From Epithemia pelagica (Eukaryota; Protista; Bacillariophyta), in contig OX337235.1 in assembly GCA_946965045.2 (NCBI GenBank), positions 372,001-436,000 on the forward strand: a DNA stretch of 64,000 bases, in the 5' to 3' direction. Shown here piece by piece: positions 24,236 to 34,676 of this stretch. The translations under genes and the position numbers were made by a program. Numbering within the stretch: position 1 is the stretch's first letter; the number at the start of each line of letters is the position of its first letter. Below the pieces are notes generated by a model, which worked only from the letters and a program-made list of their open reading frames with translations, was not told the origin of the DNA and did no database searches.

Positions 24236-25169
24236 ATCCTTCTCTATGGTGCCACGCAGTCAATAGTATAAAGCTATGACTGCAAACCTCCTTTGGGAAG
24301 AGGTATGGGACCGTTGTTCCATTTCCATGTCGACAAAGAGAGTTGCGTGGTTCCAAGTTCGAAACCAATCTGGGCCAAGTCCCTCTCGGTGATGTCCACG
24401 ATCCATCCAAGAGATACTCTTAGTACTGGGATTCTGTTGGCCCCTGGAGACTTGAGAGGAGACTTTCTCATAATTTCTGTCTTATATAGTCGAAAGACAT
24501 CGAACGCCACTCAATGTAGTAGGAGTAGGAGGCAAGGTACTCCTACTCCTAGGAGTACCATCTATGTTCCCGTGCGCCGAAGGTAGACCACATAGACCAT
24601 GATGCATGTGTGTGTTGTGCCGCCGCGCAGTCATCAGTGGCAGAGGTTGCGGTTGCCACGTTTCTTTGTGGGATTGGCGTGCTTGTGCGTCTGGATGGAC
24701 GGCCGTCGAGCGAATCTTAGTCATGTCGGGAATGAATGGTCCACACACACAAAAAACAATCCCGCCACAACATGTGGATGTTTGGATGCGTGCGGTGTGC
24801 GCACATGGTTGTCAGAAGTCCAATGTTGTGTTCTGACACGCACGGGATGGTATCGATGGAAGAACGCGGGAGGAGATGGGAGATGCGAGAGCGAGGATGT
24901 CTCATGATCTGTTGTGACTTCAGACCCACAAACAAAAAGATTCAGTTGAGAATCGAACGCGTATGCCGGCCAATCAGAATCTCCGCTAAGGCGTATTCCG
25001 AGACTTAAGAATATCCAACCTTACTCTCGATGTTTGTATTACGATAAAATTCTCAACGGACTCCCTCCTTCTATATCAATCCAGTCGCTTTCCCGGCTCC
25101 GCTTATTTTGCCGCCTGACTCGCTGTATCACGTGCAACTCCTACGTGCGTGTGGGAGATCTGTGATTGC

Positions 25170-25217
25170 GAAGGAAGGAAGGAAGGAAGGAAGGAAGGAA
25201 GGAAGGAAGGAAGGAAG
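25170..25217 (+). repeat. (GAAG)12 microsatellite upstream of DUF6824 copy 2
   Basis: Direct read; not expanded at the paralogous site of block A (~2945). Confidence 0.9.
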
Positions 25218-25635
25218 AGAGGAGGAAAATCCAGTCAACCACGCGCGAAGAGTCTCGAGGAAGTGAATACGGCACTCTCCGTTCACCTCTCTCTCGGTCC
25301 TCACACCTCTCTCTCCCAAAGGTGATCTACCTACATTCATCAATCATTCCAACCCTCTCTATATTCTTTGTTGTTCTCTCACGGCTTGGTCAAACCAGGC
25401 AGTCACGTCTGAAAAAGAGAGCTATCTCTATCTCGTCCATCCAGCAGAGGTGGTCGTGTTTTTGTTCACGCTCGTTGCAATCGGTACTTTCCAGTGAATT
25501 GAATCTCTGGCTCGCTGTCTACCGGCCTACCTGTATTCCTCTCTCAAGTCTCGGGACGATTCCCACGGAAAAAACAACCAAGAACCAAGAGAAAACCACA
25601 AGAACGAACAAACGTGAGAGTCGATTGAATCGTCC

Positions 25636-28536
25636 ATGTCGGAATCAAGCAATCCGTATCCACCAACAACAGCAACCACACAAGCACAACGAGAAGCAGG
25701 AAGAGGAGTCCCAACCTCTTCCTCGACAAACTCTGTGTCACAGCAGTCGACCGTGGCGACAACCACGACGACGACGACGACAAGCCACACCATGGGCGTT
25801 CACCTTCCACAACAACACCAACCACATCCTTCTTCCGTGTATAATGATGACGAAGATGATGATTTGTGGTCGCACAATGAAAACGACGAAGAGTATTCCG
25901 ATGACTTGTCAACGGATGATTGGGACTTGTTTTTTGGTCAGCCACCCGAACCAGAGGACGAAACAGCAGAACATGACTTGAACAGTACTAATAGTGGCAG
26001 TAGTAGTAGGCCTCTTGGTTCTCCCTTGATGCAATCGTCCCCAACCGGAGCAGCACCACAACGCAACTCCAACAACAAACGGCCCTTGTTTTTGGGGGAC
26101 ACGACGGGTGCCTTTTTTTCGGAATATCACGTCAAGGAATCGGAATTTGCCTCGCACTTTTTCATTGCTGGTCGGGGTGGCGAAACCAATTTTCATGTCG
26201 GCAATCGCACCATTCGGACAGCCATTTTGCAACACTTGCCGGATTATCTCAAGAGTCCGCGTCGGGGCAAGGGCTTTTGTCGCGACTTGTTGTTGCAGTC
26301 CAACAATCCAGCCACGTATCGACAATTTCGAACCTGGCTCTTTGTCGTGCGCAAATCCTATTTTGACAAGAATCGAGCCTTGGGCAAAATTTCCAAAGAC
26401 CGCGTCCAATCCGTCTTGCAAGAACACGATGCGGCCACCTTGCAACTTTTACCGGACGATGTTTATCTGACCATTGGTCGAACCTGGACCGTTGGTATCA
26501 TTCAAGACTTGTTGCGCGGTGGAGCTGCGGCGCATCGTCTCGAACCATCCAACACAACCACACAAGGACCAGCATCCACAGCGACAACAACCACTACCCA
26601 TTCCGCTACTTCCATGCAAATGCCCTTGGCAATCGCTTCGTCCTTACCTCCTTCTCCTCATGCGTCGTCGCATCCTCCTCCTCCTCCTCCTCATGCGTCT
26701 CTGGTAGCACCACCAACGACAATCACACAAACACAAGTACCATCTTATGGGACACCATTGGTACCACAGGTACTCACGTCGTCATCGTCATCACCGTCCG
26801 TGACCATGCCAGCACCAGCAGCGCAACCAACGTCTTCCCTACTGTATTCAAATACCACCACCACAAGGCCTTCTGCAACGACAGCGACAACGCGGAGCAT
26901 GGTCGCTGCTAATACCATTGGTAGTAGGACAGTCGGCTTGCACGGACAATCAGCACAACCACTGTATTCGGCAGGTTCCACCACAACCACTCCTGTCCCA
27001 GCAACGACAACGACGACACCCTATAACCCATTGTCATCAAATCAATCCTCCCTGCCACCAACCTCATATCCATCCTCGCAGCAACAACAACCTGCACCAC
27101 AGCAGCCACAACAGCTACCAACAACACATTCCGGACAAGCGGAACAGCCACCAACAACACTACCCGCACATCAACAACAACAACAATCCGTGCAGGATGA
27201 GAAATTTCAACAATGGCGTAACATGACCAAAAAGTTTAGTAGCAGTACCACGATACCAACGACGTTGAAAAACTATCCTCAACCAGCATCGACTCCTGCT
27301 GCTGCGGCTGCTTCCTCACAACCAGCACAAACACAGCAACAAACACAGCAAGCACCACCAGTTTCGGCTCCCCGATCGACCCCTCAAGCCCCCTCCTATG
27401 CAACACCATCTTCCTATGCATCCCATGCACGGGCGTCCCAGTATCCACAATCCTATCCTTATTCTCTTTCACAACCACCACCACAACAACAAAGATCCGA
27501 TTCTTCGGCCCTCACCACAAACCACCAGCAACTCGGAACGTCCTCCACCACCAACTACATGGCCACAACTACCACTCCGACGACAATGACTCCTTCTCCA
27601 TCCACGTTGACCACGACGACAGCGGTCCATGCATCCGGAACTGCTCCAACACAACAACAACAGGAGTCGGCCGCCAAACGAGCCCGATTGTCACATGCAC
27701 CTCCCGCCACGGTTCATGCTCCTCCACCCCTTCCCACGCCGGCGGCCTCGCCGTATTATCCCTATTCTCACATGCATCCTCCTCCTCATCATCATCACGC
27801 CTTGCTACCACCACCTGCAGCGGCAGCAGCCCACAGTGTCTATCCACCACCGTCGACGGCCTATTATTATCCCCCGGCACCAACAGCTCCACCACCAAGC
27901 CAATATCCTCTGTCATCCTATCCACCAACAACAGCCACTGCTTCCTCCACCTTGAACAATCCGCCGGGACCCGCACCCAGTACTTCCGCTCCAGCAGCTC
28001 CACCATATGCCTCCGTGTCTTCGGCTGCCCCACAGCCAGCAACAGCACCACACTACTCGCAGGCACAATTGCCACAACCACCACAATCGTATTCCCAACC
28101 GCCACCGCAGCAACAGCAGCAACAACAACCCCAGCCACACTCCTCATTGCAACCTTCATTGTTGAGCGTTGCACCCCCACCAACGGCTGTGAGTCACGAT
28201 CCATCCATGACGACGACGACGACACTGTTGCACAACCCTACCCACAACACTACCACCTTTTCACAACCATCACAACACCCTACTGGCACGACGACACCCG
28301 TCACTGCAACCACAACAACGGCAGCACCATCATCGTCGTTTCTTGGTCCACCACCATCACAAATTGGATCGGTGCCACTGCGGAAACGCATGACCGGCTC
28401 CGAAGGAACAACCACCCAACAGCCCAGCACTGCTCCACAGGGATCCTTCCACAACACTAGCACCAGCAGCAATCCTACTACCAACCGGTACAGTGACAAT
28501 GACAATGAGGAGATTACGTTTGTGGCTTCGGTATAA
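25636..28536 (+). CDS. DUF6824-like domain protein with long disordered P/Q/T/S-rich tail (copy 2, 966 aa)
   Basis: FIAGRGGETNFHVGNRTIRTAILQHLPDY...GK fits the GRG...H.GN..R pattern of DUF6824; the rest is low complexity. Confidence 0.7.
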   Translation: MSESSNPYPPTTATTQAQREAGRGVPTSSSTNSVSQQSTVATTTTTTTTSHTMGVHLPQQHQPHPSSVYNDDEDDDLWSHNENDEEYSDDLSTDDWDLFFGQPPEPEDETAEHDLNSTNSGSSSRPLGSPLMQSSPTGAAPQRNSNNKRPLFLGDTTGAFFSEYHVKESEFASHFFIAGRGGETNFHVGNRTIRTAILQHLPDYLKSPRRGKGFCRDLLLQSNNPATYRQFRTWLFVVRKSYFDKNRALGKISKDRVQSVLQEHDAATLQLLPDDVYLTIGRTWTVGIIQDLLRGGAAAHRLEPSNTTTQGPASTATTTTTHSATSMQMPLAIASSLPPSPHASSHPPPPPPHASLVAPPTTITQTQVPSYGTPLVPQVLTSSSSSPSVTMPAPAAQPTSSLLYSNTTTTRPSATTATTRSMVAANTIGSRTVGLHGQSAQPLYSAGSTTTTPVPATTTTTPYNPLSSNQSSLPPTSYPSSQQQQPAPQQPQQLPTTHSGQAEQPPTTLPAHQQQQQSVQDEKFQQWRNMTKKFSSSTTIPTTLKNYPQPASTPAAAAASSQPAQTQQQTQQAPPVSAPRSTPQAPSYATPSSYASHARASQYPQSYPYSLSQPPPQQQRSDSSALTTNHQQLGTSSTTNYMATTTTPTTMTPSPSTLTTTTAVHASGTAPTQQQQESAAKRARLSHAPPATVHAPPPLPTPAASPYYPYSHMHPPPHHHHALLPPPAAAAAHSVYPPPSTAYYYPPAPTAPPPSQYPLSSYPPTTATASSTLNNPPGPAPSTSAPAAPPYASVSSAAPQPATAPHYSQAQLPQPPQSYSQPPPQQQQQQQPQPHSSLQPSLLSVAPPPTAVSHDPSMTTTTTLLHNPTHNTTTFSQPSQHPTGTTTPVTATTTTAAPSSSFLGPPPSQIGSVPLRKRMTGSEGTTTQQPSTAPQGSFHNTSTSSNPTTNRYSDNDNEEITFVASV

Positions 28537-29314
28537 CCATGGCGAGCACACAAAACAGTGAGGATTCCAATAGTGTCATGCATGTTCCGTTGGGGACATG
28601 GATGGATGTATAGAACCACACGGGACATTCGTGGCATTGCCGTGCAACCAATCGCGATGGACAAGAGACTTATCCATTGGGAAAGAAGAAAAGGACACGG
28701 ATCTGTTTGTCGCCGTCAGTGAGATGTCACGTTTTGCAAACTTTCGGGACCGTAGGGCGCATTCAAACGACAATGATACAACAACAACAACAACAACAAC
28801 AACAACAGATCCTTGTGCGCTATCGGCATTTTCTGGTTCGTCAAAATGCAGTATTCAAATTCGGTTGCAGTTCCTTGTCCATATCACAGACGAATAATGA
28901 TCGATGATTCCGTCGCAACAATTAGCCTGTGATGCTCACAAGCAAGGAGATCCAGAAGAGAGAGCACCAAATGAGCGCGGTATAGCCGATAGGACCATTC
29001 GTTGAGGAGGGCATTTGTCAAACGGTGTCAAGCCAAAAAGAAACCTTCGGCTGATTGACTCTAGGTCGTTTTCGATTCGTTCCGCATTCTGCTTTCCCAT
29101 ACGTTCCCCATGCAATCTCTACTACCACCACCACCACAATAGCGGCTACAACGTATAGTATGCAAAAGACGATCACCGAGAAAGAAAAACATGTGACATA
29201 CGGTTATTCTTTTCTACTGAATACTTTTTAACTCCCCATAATCATGGTGTATGCAGAGACGGTGCGGAGATCAAAACGTCTTTGCAATGCACAGATATAC
29301 TGCAATACCCAAAC

Positions 29315-30343
29315 TTAATTGGCCTTGGTCAAGGCCTTGCCAACGGGGTTGTACACAAAGTTGAAGGTACAATCGTGGACATGTTCAAAGGTGGCACTGC
29401 CACTTTGACGAAGCTCAAAGCAAACAAAGTCTTCAAAGTCACCGTGCGAAATCTTGGCGTGACGGTAACTGACTTGTTCAATCGGACCAGCGGCAGCAGC
29501 AACACGGGCAACGACAATGGTAGCCTCATCGGCCTTGGCATTGCAGCAGCATCGTGGATCATCGTCATCGTAGGGGCAGCACAATCCACAGGAACGGTCC
29601 AACCATCCTTGGTGACCACCAACAGCAATGTCAGCCACGGTTTGGAACAAACCAAGAGACAAGGCGGAGTTGCTAAAGGCTTGATTGTGTGCTTTGAGAA
29701 CCACTTCATTGAGAATTTGATTGTCACGGTCCGACAATTCATGGGGCAAACCAATCAAGGTGAGCTGGGCTTGGGTGATTTCGCCATGTCCATAGGCCGT
29801 TTCGACGGGTCCAATGGTGTTCAAGCCAGTGTGTTCCAAGAAGGAAAAGGTACAGTCCTTGGCATGAACTAAATTGACATATGAGGACTTTTGAAGACGG
29901 TCGCACAAGTCATATTGGAACTGTTCGTGAAGAAGACCAAGATCGGCCGTGGCACCCAACACACTGTCCTTGTAATAAAAGACATCGACTTGAGCATTGA
30001 TAAAGGCAGCTTCTTCCTGGCTATTCTTTACAAGCGAAGTACTGCTGGGTGTCCACCAGAAGGAGTCGGAAGGAATGGTGGAGAAGCCTTGAGTCTTGAT
30101 ATCGCCCAACTTTTGGCCCGCCTTGTCGAAACCAAAGGCCTGGTTGTATGCTGCCTGAGCTTGCTTGGTAATAAAGTTGGCTTCCTCGTCCGAGACCACG
30201 TCCGAAAGACCACCCACGACAATGCGAGCATTGTACGATTCCGACGAGGCACTGGCAACCATTTCTTGAAAGGCAGCACGCAAGCTAAAGTCGGCGGCAG
30301 CCGAAGAGAAGAGCATGGTGAGAGCAGCAAGAGAAAGCTTCAT
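29315..30343 (-). CDS. Secreted two-module Cys-containing protein of unknown function (copy 1, 342 aa)
   Basis: Signal-peptide-like MKLSLAALTMLFSSAAA; two internal modules each ending in C..L..S...H..DCTF.F; CGLCCPYDDDD motif. Confidence 0.8.
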   Translation of the reverse strand: MKLSLAALTMLFSSAAADFSLRAAFQEMVASASSESYNARIVVGGLSDVVSDEEANFITKQAQAAYNQAFGFDKAGQKLGDIKTQGFSTIPSDSFWWTPSSTSLVKNSQEEAAFINAQVDVFYYKDSVLGATADLGLLHEQFQYDLCDRLQKSSYVNLVHAKDCTFSFLEHTGLNTIGPVETAYGHGEITQAQLTLIGLPHELSDRDNQILNEVVLKAHNQAFSNSALSLGLFQTVADIAVGGHQGWLDRSCGLCCPYDDDDPRCCCNAKADEATIVVARVAAAAGPIEQVSYRHAKISHGDFEDFVCFELRQSGSATFEHVHDCTFNFVYNPVGKALTKAN

Positions 30344-31594
30344 GGTGAATGTACTTGTTTTTTAAAATCGGTGCAAAGACTTAACGTTCTGCTGGTGCGA
30401 TGGAGGCTTTTTGGTTTTGCCGTTCGGGAAATTGTGAGCAAAGTGAGAGATCTGGAATTTGGAGTGATGTGGGTCCACAAGGCCACGTGTCGTCTGAGTG
30501 GGATTACAGCGGAAACATTTCATTGGAACGTTACCTAGTGTTGATAGCGTCTCGGTCACGGGAAGTGAGATGTGACCCATGCATCTATCCAGATTTGTTT
30601 GGCGTGTTTTGGTAGTGGAAGAATCTCATGAGAATGTTTTTCTCTATTAGTCGACACAGCATTGAGATCTGATTGGCTGTTTACGTCGTTAGTAGGGCAA
30701 GTCCTTAGGCCGGCTGCGTCCTTATTGTGTGTTGTCGGTTGGATCTTGTGGGTTGTCGTTTTCTCGCTGGCTTTGATTGATTTTTTCGATGCAGCGTGGT
30801 CTATACACAAACTAACAACTAACACTCTCAACGAAAAAAGGAGAACAACTATTATGTTTCCAGATTCCCGAACATCATCATCCTTTTTGGCTCCTTGATG
30901 CCATTGGTGGAATAGACCCAGTCTACTTGCTCAATATGCTCAAGTGGCTCTCGAGAGTGTATTCCCGATTGTGGAATTTATTTCTCCGCCCCCCCCGCCT
31001 TGCACTCAACCCAATCCTCGCTCCCCGTAAATAAAAGGGGGAGGAATCCCATGGATAGGGATAGCATTGATAGTAGGAATTGATGATTGATGAATAGGAG
31101 TAGCAGTGGAGGGAGTATTTTTGCTATCGTTCGTCGCAAAGGCGCTCCTAGAGAGTTTCTCATCATGGTCAAGACACATTGTTGAAAAGCGTTCTATCTC
31201 ATGAGAAAGATTGACGGACTCCGCCATATGTCTTTAAAGTTCAATACATCCTATACTTTTATTTGGAGAAGACAATGTAACCATTTTATATTAAACGGAG
31301 CTGTGTCAAACTGAGGGCATTGTCGTCGTTTCGAGAATAGTAAGGTAGCTATGGTGAATCGTTGTTGCAGCCGCCGATAGAACACGAGACAAATGCCCCT
31401 ATTCAACGACGAGCAACGCTAAGGCATAGTGTACACGATGCAACCCAGCTGTGACGCGATCAGGTAATTCTTCGTAACGTAAACTATTTAGCGGCGCAAA
31501 CGTCGTGATGGTTGCCTTAAACGAGACGAGGATGGTGCTGTCATTGTGCTTGTGGCTGTACGGATGGTTGCCACAGTACCAGTACGATGATTTA

Positions 31595-31752
31595 TTCGTC
31601 ATTGCCCCCTCCACCCTCTCCCCCGTCGTTGTTGATAGAGGCGTCTCTTGTATTTGGAAAACCATTACTCCTCAATGCGACAATTGTCGTGGCCTTCGTA
31701 GAATCAGTAATGGGAATCAACACATAGAAGCTCCACAGTAGACCCAAAAAAT
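31595..31752 (-). pseudogene. 5-prime remnant of an NTPase-REase gene (copy 1/2 type) in the spacer
   Basis: ccctctcccccgtcgttgttgatagaggc...acatagaagctccacag matches 6250-6435. Confidence 0.75.
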
Positions 31753-32545
31753 ACAGTGATATCGACGAGCTCGTCGCCTAATATGTTCTTTTGGGTTCAT
31801 GCTATCTTCCAGCTATCCATGCTACCCCTATTCTCCACCCTTCAGTATCGGTGTGCATAATGTGGGGGAGAGGGGGGAACATAATCATAAATCATATTCA
31901 GGGAACACGGGAATAGATGACCAATCAGCCAATCACAGCAGCCTGATAATTTACGACCAATGAGCATTCGGTCTTTTCCACCAATGGTATCAAGTATATC
32001 AAAGAGCCAGAACCTCCGGGACGGGGATGGACGAACACCTTTGTAGTTGTAGATCTCTTTTTGCTGGGAGACTGCTGGTTGTGTCTACTCGTAGGGTCTA
32101 GACGACGCTATATCTGAACAACCAATAAAAACCAACGAGAAAATGTCAGCACACAAGGTCCATCCAACAAAAAGAACGCATCCGGTTTCAAGTCCTTGCC
32201 CTACTTACGAGGCGCTCCTAAATCCTAAACCACCAATCCGATCGCAACGGTGTATATCGACTTAAAGAGGAAACATTCCACTGCGATTCGCCCACTATAA
32301 CGAAATGTGCCAATCCAAACTAATGCATTGAAAGGAGAACACGACCACGCCTTACTGGGCCCCTTGTCCCAATGTGTTTTCTTTTTTATCCCATTGATCC
32401 CATCGAGACTCTGTCTCCGCCCTCCTCAAAATTCCAGATCTCTCACTTTGCTCACAATTTTCCAAACGGCAAAACCAAAAAGCCTCCATCGCACCAGCAG
32501 AATGTTAAGTCTTTGCACCGATTTTAAAAAACAAGTACATTCACC

Positions 32546-33574
32546 ATGAAGCTTTCTCTTGCTGCTCTCACCATGCTCTTCTCTTCGGCTGCCGCCGACT
32601 TTAGCTTGCGTGCTGCCTTTCAAGAAATGGTTGCCAGTGCCTCGACAGAATCGTACAATGCTCGCATTGTCGTGGGTGGTCTTTCGGACGTGGTCTCGGA
32701 CGAGGAAGCCAACTTTATTACCAAGCAAGCTCAGGCAGCATACAACCAGGCCTTTGGTTTCGACAAGGCGGGCCAAAAGTTGGGCGATATCAAGACTCAA
32801 GGCTTCTCCACCATTCCTTCCGACTCCTTCTGGTGGACACCCAGCAGTACTTCGCTTGTAAAGAATAGCCAGGAAGAAGCTGCCTTTATCAATGCTCAAG
32901 TCGATGTCTTTTATTACAAGGACAGTGTGTTGGGTGCCACGGCCGATCTTGGTCTTCTTCACGAACAGTTCCAATATGACTTGTGCGACCGTCTTCAAAA
33001 GTCCTCATATGTCAATTTAGTTCATGCCAAGGACTGTACCTTTTCCTTTTTGGAACACACTGGCTTGAACACCATTGGACCCGTCGAAACGGCCTATGGA
33101 CATGGCGAAATCACCGAGGCCCAGCTCACCTTGATTGGCTTACCCCACGAATTGTCGGACCATGACAATCAAACTCTCAACCAAGTGGTTCTCAAGGCCC
33201 ACAACCAAGCCTTTAGCAACTCCGCCTTGTCTCTGGATTTGTTCCAAACCGTTGCTGATATTGCTGTTGGTGGTCACCAAGGGTGGTTGGACCGTTCTTG
33301 TGGATTGTGCTGCCCCTACGATGACGATGATCCACGATGCTGCTGCAATGCCAAGGCCGATGAGGCTACCATTGTCGTTGCCCGTGTTGCTGCTGCCGCT
33401 GGTCCCATTGAACAAGTCAGTTACCGCCATGCCAAGATTTCGCACGGTGACTTTGAAGACTTTGTTTGCTTTGAACTTCGTCAAAGTGGCAGTGCCACCT
33501 TTGAACATGTCCACGATTGTACCTTCAACTTTGTGTACAACCCCGTTGGCAAGGCCTTGACCCAGGCCAATTAA
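32546..33574 (+). CDS. Secreted two-module protein (copy 2, 342 aa)
   Basis: Near-identical to copy 1; divergently oriented across a ~2.2-kb spacer. Confidence 0.8.
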   Translation: MKLSLAALTMLFSSAAADFSLRAAFQEMVASASTESYNARIVVGGLSDVVSDEEANFITKQAQAAYNQAFGFDKAGQKLGDIKTQGFSTIPSDSFWWTPSSTSLVKNSQEEAAFINAQVDVFYYKDSVLGATADLGLLHEQFQYDLCDRLQKSSYVNLVHAKDCTFSFLEHTGLNTIGPVETAYGHGEITEAQLTLIGLPHELSDHDNQTLNQVVLKAHNQAFSNSALSLDLFQTVADIAVGGHQGWLDRSCGLCCPYDDDDPRCCCNAKADEATIVVARVAAAAGPIEQVSYRHAKISHGDFEDFVCFELRQSGSATFEHVHDCTFNFVYNPVGKALTQAN

Positions 33575-33904
33575 GTTTGGGCATTGCAGTATATGCATGT
33601 TTCGTCGAGTGGAGACACGTTGAGCCCTGCTCCGGTTTGCGATGCAGCATCCTGAAAATAGGATGGAGAGTTAAGCATATACATATAATAGAAGGGGAAA
33701 AGCATCCATAGCGGCCTTTTTTTATTGGGCGCAAGCTCGCACACAAATACATTTTCTGGCGCGTTTGGTACGATCCACACGCGTTCCTTTCGATAAAGTG
33801 TAGATGCGTGTCTTAAGGTAGAATTCATCCGTCATGGCTCTTTTTTGGTGTGGCAAAAGTCTTTCTTTTGTGTGTCTACTTTTGTGTGTTTGTTTTTTCT
33901 CAAG

Positions 33905-34541
33905 CTCCTAGTTGTCGATGGTTATTCTTCTTCTTGTTGTGAGACGAATGGCGTGGCAAGCGGGAGGAGAATGGTTGCGCACCACCTCCGCGACGTGTCG
34001 TTGGGAACGGAACACTCCACGCCGCCTTTTGAAACCGATACAAGAGGAATTGATTGGTTATATCATGGCGAATGTCCACCCGTTGCCACAAGTAGGGTTT
34101 CCTGTAATGGGATGGCGAGGCGTTCGCGTCAGAATCGTTGTAGATTGGGTGGAAGACGATGATAATGACAGGGATGTCAAGGGTTGATAATTGCGATACG
34201 TGATTTGGATTGTCGGTATCATCCTCATGGTCGGAAGTGGGTTGAATGAGATTTTCTTGTTCCAACACGGGCAACAAGAATTCGGGTTGCGACAGGGACC
34301 AGATACAATAAATACCCATTGGGTTTCAAGACGCGATGGACAGCTCGAAAAATTTCGTGCACGTGTTTCGATCGTCCATCGTGTGATGGGCATAGGTACG
34401 AGACAAACGGATCCATCAATCCCTTGTCCAGTACGGCGAGAATCGAATTTTCCTGGAAATACTCGACAGTTTTACAATGTGCGGACTGCAATCGACTTGA
34501 ATCACCATTCGTCGTTGTCGTCCTTATCCAAGAGAGGGTAA
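33905..34541 (-). pseudogene. 3-prime remnant of METTL13/EEF1AKMT4-like methyltransferase
   Basis: AVLDKGLMDP, GIYCIWSLSQPEFLLPVLEQE and YLWQRVDIRHDITNQFLLYRFQK, split across frames; homologous to 46100-46970. Confidence 0.8.
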
Positions 34542-34676
34542 CTTAGGGGGGCACCGACAAGGAAAGTTCCAAATTGGCCAACGACCAATAACGACCAACG
34601 CTTTATGCAAAAAGTAGAAATGGCGAGGTGGTATGCTCTCTTGTTCTTCTTTTTTACTGCAATAGGAGAAGAGTAT

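Larger units (their letters stand above)
21230..28083. repeat. Block A-prime, inverted paralog of 1..7100
   Basis: Same gene order and intergenic sequence as block A in the opposite orientation. Confidence 0.9.

Noticed and set aside
29315-30343. Plastid-targeted protein (ASAFAP-type)
   Set aside because: The predicted cleavage gives D, not F/W/Y/L, at +1, and no transit-peptide-like stretch follows.
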